A DNA stretch of 64,000 nt, taken from contig QPMI01000204.1 of NCBI GenBank assembly GCA_004431415.1, forward strand, positions 62,001 through 126,000, read 5' to 3'. Positions 1 through 12,700 of this stretch are shown here, piece after piece. This DNA is from Cyanophora paradoxa CCMP329. Taxonomy: Eukaryota; Plantae; Glaucophyta. Both the position numbers and the translations under genes were made by a program. The notes under the pieces were generated by a model. The model was not told where the DNA came from. It did not search any database and saw only the letters and a list, made by a program, of their open reading frames with translations. Every line of letters starts with the position of its first letter. The stretch's first letter is position 1.

Positions 1-530
1 TCCGGGATGGCCCAGCCTGGCAGTGGTGACTCGGACCGTCGGACAGCGACACCGGCGCCGCGGCAGCCGGGCGGCCCCCGGGCCCGGCCCGGCGGGGCCC
101 ACAAAACTTGAAACTGCCAAGTTGGCAAATACACCGCGGCAGTCACACACTGAGTTGCCAAGTTGCCAGGACTCCCGGAGTCACTGAGTCCCAAAGTCTG
201 GGATTCGATATCCCGGATCATCGGATTCTGCCAGGCCCCTGAGGCTAGCGCTGACTCAGTGAGGCCTTTCCGAGGCTCCGAGGCTCCCGAAGCTAAGCCC
301 CCCCGCGCTGCAGCTGCGTGGCACCCGGTGACCGGTACCAAACTATAGCACCATGTGCACATATATGGCACCACGGTCACCGGGTACCGGTTGGATATCG
401 ATGGCACTGCTTGGCCCGCGTGGTGGCCGCCGGGGTTGCCAAGTTGGATAGATTCTCGGACCGTCGGACGGGCCGGGCAACCGTGGCACTCTCCGAGTCT
501 CTGCTCGTGAATAACGTCCGACGGTCTACG
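1..530. repeat. Palindrome-rich intergenic DNA / degenerate repeat remnant
   Basis: Recurrent GGACCGTCGGAC, GCCAAGTTG and TGACTCAGTGA; inverted repeat CACCCGGTGACCG...CGGTCACCGGG at ~323-385; motifs shared with 16525-16790. Confidence 0.55.
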
Positions 531-731
531 TGCCACCCAGACCCCCGCGCCCAGCATGCTGTCTCGGGTCCCCAAGTAGGATCAAGGACAGCTAAGAGTT
601 CATTTAGAATCATGTACAGCGCGGCGCAGCCGAGAGCGAGCACCAAGAGGGGACACGCCCAGCGAGGCAGGCACCGAGGCAGCGGGAGGCGGCGCGAGGC
701 AAACGAGGGGCGGGGCGGGGGGTGGGGGCCG

Positions 732-2010
732 CTAGTAGCGGCGCTTGACGCGGTAGTAGCCGGGCCCGATGGGGAGCTCGTAGGGCTCCTTGGCGACGGC
801 GGAGACGAGCAGGCGCGGGTCCTTGTAGCTCGCCAGCGTCGGGAAGCGCGGCGCCTTCGACCGCATCACGCTGTACGTCCGCATGCTCCCTGCGCCCCCG
901 TCGCTCCCCGCGCGCGAGCAGCCGCGCCGCCGGCCGCACCGCGCAGCGCCTTGACCATGCTCGCCTTGCTCCCCTGCTCCGGATCCCGGTCCCGCTGCCG
1001 CCCTCTCAGCGCCCGACACCCTTCTCTCGCCGCGCGGGGTGCAAGCGGGCGCCTCTCTAAATCGAAGTGGTGCTGGGGGGCGGGCGGGGGCAGCGCGGGG
1101 CGCGGGGGGCGGGCGGGGGGCGGGGGCGGCGGGGGGCCGGGGCGCACGTCGGGGTCCTGGGCCTCGAGGCCGAGCGAGGCGAGGGTGACCGCCCCCTTCC
1201 CCTTCTCCTTCTCCCGCTCCGTCTGCTTCTCCGCCCCGCGCCGCGACATGAAGAAGCCCTTCCGCGTCCACTCCTGCGCGACCTCAGCCCGCGCGGCGCG
1301 GCGGCGCGCCCGGCGCCACGCGCGCCTTCGCGTCCCAGTCAAGCGTGTAGTTCGTCTCCCCCGTCGCCCGCCCCTCGAACGTCCCCGAGAAGCGCGTCCG
1401 CCCGTCGCTGCGCCCCCGCGCGGCCCTCAGCGCTGAACGACGGACAGGCGCGACGGAAGCGCTCGACGGGGGCGGCCACGGAGGGGAGACGGAAGGGGCG
1501 CGGGCGCGGGCTAGGGGAGGTGCGGCGGGGCGACGGATGGGAGAGGGCGCGGGGCGGGGCGGGGCACCGGAACATGGAGGAGGGCCTGCGGGGCTCGCGG
1601 ATGGCGAGGCCGTGGTCGCCCTTGTCGTAGGAGCCCGGCCCGAGGCCCGTCGTGTACGGCAGCGTCGGACACGGGCACCGAGCGTCGTCCAGGAACGGCA
1701 CCGCCTTCGGGAAGCGCTCTGTCGGGCTCCGCATCGCCGAGAAGCCACGCGGGCTCTCACATGCCAGCTTATACATCGATTTCTTGTTGCCCTGGTTTAT
1801 ACAGTAGCTGCGGACCGAGTAAGGCGAGGCATGCATAGAACGAAGGCGGAGACGAGCGCACGTTAGCTCCCCGCCAGGCTCCTCGCATGGTAATCGATCC
1901 GGCGCTGCGCCCCCGTCAAGCCTGGCCAGCGCAAGGCAACGCCAGCGGTGCGCACCGGAGCTGGACACGCGGTACGTGTCCCCGAAGTAGGGATTGTAAC
2001 AGCTCACCAT
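732..2010 (-). CDS. ODF3/SHIPPO (PG-rich repeat) flagellar-type protein, multi-exon
   Basis: Exons encode TGLGPGSYD and LPIGPGYY motifs with S/A-P-R-F spacers typical of SHIPPO repeats; GT-AG introns seen near the 5' end; internal exon boundaries only partly resolved. Confidence 0.55.
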
Positions 2011-2195
2011 GGCGCTGGCGTCTCCCGGCGGCTAGCCGAACTCCTTCTCAGGAAGTCGCGGGGCTCGCTTGACTCGAAAGGAGACAGATAATTGGTTGAA
2101 ACGTTTGAAAGCAGGACGGGAAGGACAGCACGATGCCTAGCCTTCGTGACCCGAAAGAAGGCGTTCTTGTAGCCCCCCACCCCTCATCCCCCCCC

Positions 2196-4900
2196 ATGCT
2201 CCGCTTCCTGGCTCTCCTCCTGGCGCTGATTGCGTGCGGCGTCAAGGTATGTGCGCTGCAGTAGCGATCGCTTCTCGCCGCCGACCACGCGCAGGCGGAC
2301 GATGTCTTCAGCGAGGACCTAACGCTCAAAGAGCTTCCGTCCGGCCTCATCGCGGCGTTCTTCGAGTTCGAGATCACGTCCGAGCGCCCGGCAGCTGGTG
2401 CGCTTGCCCGGATCGCCCGCAAGCGCCACCACAACTGCGGCAGCGCCGGCGTCGCACTTCGACCTTCTGCCGAAGAACATCGGGCAGCTCATTCATGACG
2501 TGGGCCTCGAGGACATGCGGCTCACGCTCACGCGGGTGCGCGGCGCGCGACGGGCGCTGCGCTGCGGCCGAGCGGGCGCCGCAGGGCGTGTGGAACCACG
2601 AGGCCTGGGGCCCCAGCCCCGAGGCGGCGCCTCCGGGGGCGGAGCTGTGGGCGTCGCTGTGCGCGCGGCGGGGGCTTCCAGCGGCGGGCGCTGAGGCGGG
2701 GGGGGCAGGCCGGCGTCGGCGGAGGAGGGCGGGCTGGACTACGTGGAGGGCCGCTGGGGCCGCCTGACGAGCGCCCTCGCCGGCCTCTTCTGCGCCTCCA
2801 TACAGTTCATGGCCCCCGACCCGCTCGCCAAGCGCCAGAGCGCCTCCCGCCCCGTCTCCCCCTTCTTCGGTCCGCCCCCACGCCCCGCACCCGCCCCGCC
2901 GGCCGACGCCGCCGGCAGCGCCGTTCGGGGAGGCGGTGCCGGGGCTGGCGGAGCCGGAGTGGGCGGGGGCGGGCGTGCCGCGGCACGTGATGTACGGAAG
3001 CCTCCCGCGGGAGACCGTCTGCACCGAGAACCTCACGCCCTGGGCGCGCCTCCTCCCCTGCCGCAAGGCCGTGCGCCCCGTCGCCCCGCCTCGGACCCCC
3101 GCCCCGGGCGGCGGGTTGCGAGGGGCGAGGCGCAGGCGGGGGCCGGGGCGCTGCTCGAGGCGCTGCGCCTCCTCTCCGCCTACCACCTCTCCCTCTCCCT
3201 CCGCCTCACCGCCTCCCCCGCCCCGGCCCGCCCCCGGCCCCGCCCGCCCCCGCCCCGCCCCCGCTGACTGACCCGCCCGCAGGAGGGCTCCGGGGCCGGC
3301 CCGACCTGGCGCCTGCGGCAGACCCTCACCGCCATCCTCCCACCGACTTCAAGCGTGCGCGCCCCGGGCCCCCGGCGGACGGCGGGCGGCGCCGACGCGG
3401 GGGCAGCGTGGTCACTGGCGACGCTCTTCGGGGCGCGGGGCGCGCTGCGGGCGTGCCCCGTGGCGGCGCACAGCGCGCTTCACATCATGCAGCGGCGGCC
3501 GGCGGCGGCGGAGGCGCACGGGGAGACGCCGAGCGAGGCCTACGCCGCCGCCGTAGGCCCCTGGTCGATGCCCGAGGCGGAGGGCCACGGCGCGGGGGGC
3601 GCCCCGCGGGCCCCCTCCGAGTGGCGCCACCCGGAGCCCGAGGCCGTCCTCCAGGCGCGCCCCCCGCCCCCGTTCCCGCTCCCGTCCGCGCCGCCCCGCG
3701 AGCCGGCGCAGTGCCCCGGAGAGAGCGGCGGGCCCGTGCTGCGCTTCGACCTGCGGGCCGGGGACGGCCTCAACGTCTCCGGCCGCCTCGCCGTCGCCCA
3801 CCCGAGTGCGCCCCGCCCGCCCCGCCTCCGCCGCCGTCGTCACCGCGCGGCAGCGGCGGAGGGCGGCTCGCCGCTGGCGGTGGAGCGCTTCATCGCGGGG
3901 ACGAGCCTCGCGTCCGGCACGCTGGTGGCGCAGGTGACGAACCGGCGCGCCTCGGGGCCGCCGCTGCGCGTCCTCTACGCGGACCCGCTGCCCCCGACCG
4001 TGCGCTTCTTCTCGCACACGACGGAGGTTACGGTGCTGGGGCGGGGCGGCGCCGGCGCCGGCCTCAAGCGGCAGCTGTACGTGCCGGCGCGGCTGCGGGA
4101 GGAGGCGGCGAGCCTCGTCTACGAGCTCGAGGTGCCCCCCGAGACGACCCTACAGATCGCCACCGCCTTCGACAAGGCCCGCCCCGCCCCGCCCCGCCCC
4201 TCCCGCCGCGCCGCGCCGCGCCCCGCCGCGCCCCGCGGCGGCGTGGTGCGAGGGGCGCGGGGCAGGTCTTCATGCACGCGGAGGAGTTCCCGCCGGACCC
4301 GCAGCGCGGCCTCGACATCGCCTCCGCCGCCGCCACCTTCCGCGATCCCCGCGAGCCCGCCCCGCGCGCCGCCCCCGCCCGGCCCCTCCTCTGGTGGTGC
4401 CCCCGCCCCGGGCCCCCCTTCGCGGCGCGTGCCGAGGCGGGGCGGCAGCGACGAGGCGCCTGTGGCGCGGCGGCAGTACACGAACGGGCTCCTGCTCTCC
4501 ATCGCGACCCCCGACTTCAGTGCGCCGCGCGCGCCGCCGGCGCCGCCCTCGCGAGCGACCGCCGGCCCCGCAGGCATGCCCTACAACGTCATCTCGATGT
4601 CGTGCGGCCGGTCGTCGCCCTCCAGCGCCGCGCGCCGCCGAGCCGCCGGCGCAGGTGCACCGTGATCGCCCTCTGGATCGGCTCCTCGTACAACGTCCTT
4701 ACACGGCGCCCCGTGCGAGCGCCGCCCCGGGACTCCCGCCCCCGTGAGCGCCGCCGAGGGTGCGACAGAAAGAGGAGGAGCGGCGGCGGAGGGAGGCGGA
4801 GGAGAGGCGGCAGCGCGAGGCGGCCGAGGGGAAGCGCGGCCTCCTCGCCCGCCTATTCCCACGCTTCCTTGCCCGCCGCCCCAAGGAGAAGAGCGCCTGA
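2196..4900 (+). CDS. PIGT: GPI transamidase subunit PIG-T/Gpi16, multi-exon
   Basis: Spliced product: signal peptide MLRFLALLLALIACG, W..L...LAGLFCAS, LPRETVCTENLTPW..LLPC, EEFPPDPQRGLDI, YTNGLLLSIATPDFSMPYNVI, TM segment, C-terminal KEKSA* (KxKxx ER retrieval). Confidence 0.93.
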
Positions 4901-5733
4901 CCGCCCCGCCCGGCCCCGATCTTTGCAATTAACATTGATTACAAGAGGAAACAGGTGCCTATAGTACCGGTATAGCTCTAGGTCCGATGATCCGATGATC
5001 AAAATATTAATCGAACTCGCGATCGGAAACAAACACGTGCACTAGCTGAGCTCGGCTAGCTAGAGCGCGCACGCCTGCTGTACTTGCAATTGACCAGTGA
5101 GACAGCGGCGCCGGCGCGCCCTTGCTTGGGTCTCGATTGGCGAGATTCCGGCGGCAACGTTAACCGCTCTCACCATCGCCGAGTCGGCTTGCAGCAGGAG
5201 CAATCATCGCAGCCGCTCTCAACCGCTCTCACCATCGGCAATCATCGCAGCATGAGGGGCGCCTTTGCGGTTCCAATTGTGATGTGCGTAGTTCATATTT
5301 TGCTACTGAAACAGCTGCTGAGTGCGCACTCATGCGCAGGCACGCGTGCGCGGCTCCGCGTGCCGATCCCGATTCATGCTCGAGCTCCTCAATGCGAACG
5401 CGATGCGAACGGCCGGGGAAGCAGGCCGTCGTCGAAGCAAGCTGGTTTTTTCCAAGAAACCTTGCGTCCAGACGCAGCAGGCGCAGCATGCGCAGTGCAC
5501 CTTCTTTCGCCTTCACGGACCGGCCCTCGGAGTTCAAAACCATTCTGGAGAGAGGAAGGCGTCAAAACCAGTTTGAACGGTGCAGCGAACTTCATTGCGA
5601 GCTGTCACATGCTGAGGAGGAAGCCCAGAAACTGTGCATTTTGATGCGTGTGCTTCAGCATTTGGACACGTACTAAAGCTTAAGGTGCTTCAGGCAAGAG
5701 ATCCTCGAAAGCATACACAAACTATCAAGAGAC

Positions 5734-5970
5734 ATGGCCACAAAGGATGACATCGCCAACATGGCCACAAAGGGTGACATCGCCAACATGGCCACAAAGG
5801 GTGACATCGCCAACATGGCCACAAAGGATGACATCGCCAACATGGCCACAAAGGATGACATCGCCAACATGGCCACCAAGGATGACATCGCCAACATGGC
5901 CACAAAGGGTGACATCGCCAACATGGCCACAAAGGATGACATCGCCAACATGGCCACAAAGGATGACATC
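5734..5970 (+). repeat. 27-bp tandem repeat (~8.7 units) encoding MATK(D/G)DIAN, in a probable gene or pseudogene fragment (~5300-6150)
   Basis: Unit ATGGCCACAAAGG(A/G)TGACATCGCCAAC, in frame; flanked by a duplicated CTTCAGGCAAGAGATCCTCGAAAGCA (~5688 and ~6013). Confidence 0.9.
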
Positions 5971-6713
5971 GCTGCACTGAAGGACGATGTGTGTTGGGTG
6001 CTTCAAAAAAGGCTTCAGGCAAGAGATCCTCGAAAGCAAACAAGAACCACACATCAGTGGACACCACCGAGGTTAGGGCAGCGCTAGCACTGAAGGGCGA
6101 TGTGTACATGTGTCTCCGCTTTGAAAAAAAGAGATCCGAGCAAATGTACATGCCGCAGTGCTCTTTACACACTCTCGCTCGGCAAGCTGCGTGCTGGAAC
6201 CGGCAACCGGGCCCTTAGGGGGGAATCAGTAGCTATAGAGCAGTGCCAAGCGCTAGCCCGCCCGCGCCGCGGCGGCCGAGCCCCAATTGCAAGTCAAGCT
6301 TAAGGGCGGGAAAGAACATTGTCTTGGAGCTCGAGAAGGTGCAATTCGAATCGAAGGTCTTAGCGCGCGTGCTTAGCATGCTTCCACCCAAAAAAGCTGT
6401 TACGTACCTTCCCGCGGCCGGTAACGGGGCGGATTCTTTCTCGGATATTCCTGGTAGGCCAAGGCGCAGCACGCAAGCTCGCGGTTGTTCCGAGGGACGT
6501 GTACACGGGGCACGGGGTACAAGGGGCGAGGGGTGGCGGGGCGGGGAGGGGACGGCGGGCACGCGAGAGCGGGGTGGGGCTGGGTTCGCGCAGGGCGAGG
6601 GTACAGGGAGGCAGCACGCGGGTGGAGATGGAGGGATGCGTGGAGAGGGGTCGGGCGGGAGGCGGCAAGGAAGGGGCGTGGGGGAGACGGGGGGCAGGGG
6701 GCGGGGGGCGGGT

Positions 6714-9700
6714 TTAGAGGATGGCGGCGGATGTCTGTGGAAGGAGGCCGGCGAGCTGGAGGAGGGGCCCGATGCGCTGCGCGAAGAGGTCGCGGAGGAC
6801 CTGCGCGGGGTCAGGCGGGGGCCGGCGGGGCCGGGGCGGGGCGCGGGCCTGGCGGATCTCGAGGGAGTCGGAGGGGACGAGGTCGGCAAAGGCGTCGTAG
6901 AAGAGCGGCAGGTGCCGCACGAACTGCTCCGAGTCGAAGTGGAGGAAGCCGCGCAGCACGAGCGAGAGGATCGGCGTCATCGCCATCATCTCCCGCTGCT
7001 GCTCCGGCACCACCCCCCGCCCCGCCGCCCCTGCCGCCGCCGCCGCCGGCCCCGCCGCCGCCTCCCCGGAGCGCCCCGCGTAGGCGCGGACGACCTCCTG
7101 GCAGAGGGCGATGAGGCGCGGCTCGGCCACCCCGGGGCGGTCCGCCATCGACGGCTCCTGCGGCCCGTCACGCCGGCGGGGGCGGCGGCGGGCGGGCGGG
7201 GCGGCACGCGGCACCTTCTCGGCGTACATGCGGAAGAGGATGCGGAGGCAGCACGAGGTGCCGTTCCCCTCCTGCTTCAGCAGGTTCGGCACCTGGTTCA
7301 TGAACCCTGCCGGGGCGTCGGCAGCGGCCGGGGCGCGAGGCGCGGCGGGGCGGGGCGGGGCGGGCGGACCGGCGCGCCAGAGGGAGACGCGGAGGTCCAT
7401 GTTCTGGTTGAAGGAGCGGGCGAAGGCGAAGGAGTGGGCGAGGGCGTCGAGGAGGGTCTCGAGGTGGGCGATCTGGAGGGCGGCGTAGTGCTTGCCGACC
7501 ATGTCGTTGACGGCCTGGATGAGCAGCAGCTGCACGATGCACTTGCAGCGGATGTCCTTGAAGTCGACCGCCGCCCCGGCCCCCTCCCCGGCCCCCGCCG
7601 CCCCCACCCCCGCGCTCCCCGCCGTCGCCAGCTGCCGCCCGCTGTTCGTCGCCGCCTCGGAGCGGGGCGAGGAGGGGGCCGCCTCGGGCCGGCGGGCGGG
7701 CGGGGCGGCGGGCGAGGCGTCGGGGGAGGCGGCCTCGGCATCCTCCTCCTCGGGTAGGGGCGCCGGGGCGATCGCGAAGAGCTGCCGCGGCGTCGTCACG
7801 TCGAAGAGCTCCTGCGCCGCGTCAGCGCGGCCCGGCAAAGAGAGGGGGGGGAGCGGGGGGCGGGCCTGCAGGGCGGCGCAGACGGTGGTCCAGACGGCGG
7901 GGGAGAAGCGGTGGCCGGTGTGGGAGATGAGCTGGGAGAGGCAGGTGACGCCGATGCGGGCGAGGCCCTCGCTCTCCTGGACGACGCAGGCCTTGAGGAG
8001 GTCCAGGAGCTCGTGCAGGAGCGTGCACGGCGGCCGCCCGAGCACGTCGAAGAAGAGCCCGAAGAGCTCCGTCAGCGCCTGCAGCGCCGCGAAGCACGTC
8101 GTCTTCACCCACTCCGTGTCCTGCGCCCCGTCACGCCCCGCCCCGCGGGGGGGCCCGTGCGGGGGCACCTCGCGGGGCGGGGCGCCGGCGGCCGGGGGGC
8201 GCGGGTGGCGGACGTCGTCGAAGATGGGGATGAGGACGCCGCGGAAGACGAGCTCCCAGAGGGGCGGCGCGAAGAGCGGCCCGTGCTGCTTGAGGACCCC
8301 GAAGAGCGCCTCCAGCGCCCGCGCCCGCACCGCCGAGCGCGGGTCCTGCACCAGCCGCGCCAGGCCCTGCCCCGCGTCGGCCCTCGCTGCGCGGCCCGGC
8401 GCGGCCCCGGGCGGGGCGGAGCGCACGAGGAGGACGGGGAACCAGTGCTTGATGTGGACCTTCTCGTCGGTGAAGATGAGGGGCCCTCGCGCCCCTCCCG
8501 CGCCTCCCGCGCCTCCCGCGGCGAGGCGACCTCCGCCGGCTGCCGGTGGGGCGGGAGGGCGGCGGCGGGGCTGGAGGGGGCCGAGTGGGGCCCCGCCCCG
8601 GGCCCGTCGTGGGCGTGCGACGGGGCGGAGGCGAGGCTGGAGGAGGCGGACTCGAGGACGGAGCCGTCGGCTGCGCAGCATCGGCGGGGCGCGGCGTTGG
8701 CGGGGCGGGGAGGGGCGGGGCGGGGCGGGCGGGGCGGACCGAGGCGGGCGGCGGCGGCGCGGATGTGGTCGATGGACTTGAGGGCGATGGAGGTGGCGAG
8801 GCGGTTGGCGCCGAAGGCGGTGAGGCAGTTGACGGCGTCGACGAAGAAGTCGGGCATGACGAGGCCGGCGTGCTCCCGCATCACCCGCTCGACCACCTCG
8901 AACGAGACCTGGACGATCGCCTCCTGCGCGTCCCCGGCCCCCGCCCCGAAGAGCGCGAAGATCGACTTCCAGCCCGACTTCAGGTTCGAGAGCTGCCGGT
9001 TCACGATGAGCGTCTGGATCATCGTCGCCGCGCAGCGGATGATCTGCGCCGCGTCAGCCGCGCCGCGCCGCGCGGGGCGGGGCGGGGCGGGGCGGGGCCG
9101 CACGAGCTCGCGGATCTCGGGGGACTGCGACTCGGCCATGATCTGCTCGAAGGGGCGCAGGAACTCCTTCTGGAACTGGTAGTTGGCGAGCTCGTCCTTG
9201 GCGAGGAACTTCATCGAGAGCTGCCGCAGCGAGTCGATCGCGTACATCGCGATCGACAGGTTCCCGTGGCACGCGACCTGCCCCGCCCCCGCGTCACGCC
9301 CGGCCCCGCGCGGCCAGCGGCGGCGCGCACCCGGCGGAAGAACTCGCCGAGGTGCATCCAGATCTTCGACCAGACGATGCGGATGCGCTCCATGTTGTAG
9401 TGGGCGACCTGCGGCGGGGTGAGGGGCGGGTGCGGGGAGTGGCCGCGCGGGGGCCGGGGCGCGCCTCGACGATCTTTTGGAGGGAGAAGACGCGGGGGTT
9501 GGCGGGGTTGTAGATCTCCTCCTCGGCGACGGCGCAGAGGTGGCGGACGAACTCGACGACGGCGTCGGAGGAGAGGTCGACGGAGCGGGAGAAGATGCGG
9601 TCCAGCGCCTGGATGTCGATCTCCTCCAGGATGTTCTGCGCGTTCGTCGCGTCCACCGACGGCCGCTCCTTCGCCGAGCTCCCGAAGAGCGCCCCCGGCC

Positions 9701-12700
9701 GCCGGTCCATCGACGCCCGCACGTCCCGCACCGACCCGGCGGCCGCGCTCTCCTTCGGCCCCCCCGCGAGCACGTTCGAGGTCGCCCCCATGCCGATGAG
9801 CTGCAGCCGCTCCAGCTGCGAGATGGACTGCAGCACCTGGCGCGCGGTCGGCGGGGGGCGGCGCGGGGCGCGGCGGGGCGGGGCGGACAAGGCCCCAGGA
9901 GGTCATGAGGTAGTTGCCGTCGGCGTTGGCGATGGTGATGAGGACCTTGATCGCCTCGATGTTCTTCTGCCGCATCACCGAGCGGCTCTGCAGGTACGTG
10001 AACTTGGCGAGGCTCGACACGAACGCGTCCCGCTCCGTCTCCATGAAGAAGAAGGCCGAGATGCGGATGGCGTGGCGGAAGCCGTCGAGGGCGAGGGCGA
10101 CGAGGGTCCCCTCCGTCTCCCCCGCCGCCTCCTCCAGGTTGACGGAGAGGGCGGCGAGCACGGGGCACCACGTCGTGTGGAACATCGGCCGCACGTGCTC
10201 GACCGACGTCGCCCCGTAGTACGTCGCCTTCTGCTTCGTCTTCCGCTTCATCGCCGCCTGCGTCTTCACCACCATGCTCTGCACCTCGTCGTGGAAGAGC
10301 GCCCCGCCCTTCTTCTTCAGCGCCGGGCTCGCAGCCGACGCTGCGGCCCGCTCGCCGGGCGGGGCGCACGGGGGCGGGGCGGGGGGCGGCGCGCACGGTC
10401 CTCGTCCTCGTCCTTCATCTTGATCTCGTTCTTGACGATGCGGTCGTAGAGCTCCTCGAGGAACTCCTGGGGGAGGTCGCCGCTGTCGTTGATGCCCCGG
10501 TTGTTCCGCACGAACTCCGCCTTCGTCATCTTCTTCTGGATCTGCGGGTTGTGCGCGTCCGTGTTCAGCATGATCACCGAGTACGCCAGCACGTAGGCCG
10601 TGTCTGCCCCAGCGTCAGGCCCCCGAATGCGGCGGGGCGGGGCGGGGCGGCGCGCCGGCCGACGCGAAGACGCCCGGGTTGTCCTTGCAGTAGCGCTCCG
10701 CGAACTTCTCCATCATCCGATCGATCTTCTGCGCCTCGCCCGGCAGGCGGAAGCCCGAGAGGAAGACGCTGCGCGGCGGTGAGGCCGGGGCAGGCGGTCG
10801 GGCTGGGGGTGTAGAAAGGGAGGGGGGAAGGTGGGTGGCGGACCGGATGGCGTCGTCGAAGCCGTGCTCCTTGAAGTCGAGCATGTCCACGTACGCGTAG
10901 AGCACCTCGATGTTGAACTTGTCCCTGCCCCGCCCCGCCCCCTCGGCCCCCGCCCGGCGCGGCGGGCGGGCGGGGCGGGCGCGGACCCCTCGCCGAGGTA
11001 GTCGCCGACCTTGACCTTGTCGAGGCCCTCGGTGGTGCGCAGGAAGGCGGCGATGGAGCCCGGCGAGCCGTCCACCTTGCCCGTCTCGACGAGGTACTTG
11101 ATGCCCTTCTTGGGCCCCATGTTGAACTTGACGACCGCCTCGCCGAGCTCCTTCTTGTGCGTCTTGCGCCGCACGAACTCGTCCTCGTCGTCGGGCGCCG
11201 CCAGCTTCTTCGAGATCGAGCGCGAGAGGTTCCGCGCGCTCCCGCCCTCCCCGCCCCGCTCCGACGCCGACGAGCCCTCAAGGTTCTCTGCGCCCCGTGA
11301 GGCCCGCCCCGTGGGGGCCGGGGGCGGGGCGCGCGCGCCTTCGGACTCGGAGCGCTCCATGTCGTGGGGGGCGTCGGGAGCGGGCGAGCGGCTGCTCCAG
11401 TCGACCATGGACTTGAGGATGGCGACGAGGCCGCGCAGGCCCGCCACCTTCAGCTCCACCTCCGCCGGCGCCACCTCCGCCTTCTCTGGGTCCACCTTCG
11501 TCTGCGCGATCTTGCTCAGGTCGTTCACCATCCTGCGTCGCCGTCAGCGCGGGGCGGGGCGGGGCGGGGCGGGGCGGGGCAGGGCGGGGCGGGCCGCTCG
11601 AAGATGTCGAGGGCCTCAAGGTCGCAGTCGTAGTTGAGGAAGATGTCGACGACGGTCTGCGGCTCCTGGCAGATGCGCTGCAGCACCGCCATCACGATGA
11701 GCTTCTGCTGCACCGCCATCGCCGGGCTCTCCAGGATCCGCAGAAAGATGTTCGTGAAGAAGACCCCCACCTCGGTCTACGGCCGTGTCGCGCGGGGCCC
11801 GGGGCGGGGGCGGGGGCGGGGGACGGGCCTTGAGGTGCTCCTTGAAGTGGGTGAGGAGGGCCTGGAAGATGGAGAGGGAGAGCTGGAAGACTTGCGGGAT
11901 GTTGTAGACGCAGTTCTTGAGGAGCGAGAGCACCAGGTACTGCTTCACCGCCTGCCGCACAGCTCGCCTCCGCCGCCCCCGGCGCGGCGGCGCGGGGCGG
12001 GGTACCTGGATGAACTTCTCCCCGGAGCGGAAGGTCGGGCCGGCGTTCTCAAGCACCGTCTGCAGCAGCTCGAGAGAGAGCAGCTTCGACCGCAGCGGCA
12101 CCGAGTCCGGCGTGTTCCTGCCCCGGCCGCTCCGCTAAGGCGCCGTCCACCCTTCCCCTCCGAGCCGGCGCGGGGGGCGGGGAAGGGGGGGGGGACGCAC
12201 CCCTCCGGCAGGGGCTTCATGGAGAGCTTGCAGAGGGCGCGGAAGAGGAGAAAGCCGTCCTGTGGCGCGCGTCGGCAGCGCCCCTCCCGCGGGGCACGGG
12301 CCGGCGCCGACCTTCTGCTGCACGTTCGCGAAGCCGTTGGCGGGCTCCGTCGCGCCGAAGTCGTCCGCCGTCGAGTCGCCCGCCGTGCTGCTCTTCTTGC
12401 CCGAGTGGAAGAGCGCCGACTGCACGGCCGGCGCGTGAGCTGCCGCCGGCGCGCCCCGGAGCCGCGGAAGCGCGGACCTGGTTCTTGTGGAAGGTCTCCA
12501 GATTCTTCGCCTTGCAGGCCATGGAGCACATGGACTGCTGCGTCTGCTCGCAAGCGAACGTCGCCGGCTTCCCGCAGACTGCTCCCGCCGCGTGAGCAGA
12601 CTGGCAGCGCGCGGGGTAGGGTGGCGGGCATCTCAGCGCACCGACGCAGACCCCGAGGGACACGGTCGAGTCGGTCTCCGTGGGCACCGGGGATGGCGCA

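Noticed and set aside
5734-5970. CRISPR-like array
   Set aside because: Head-to-tail units with no unique spacers, eukaryotic context, no cas genes.
6790-12200. Introner-type repeated introns
   Set aside because: Similarity is limited to low-complexity CCCCG runs and a branch-like motif; no TIRs or alignable bodies were seen.
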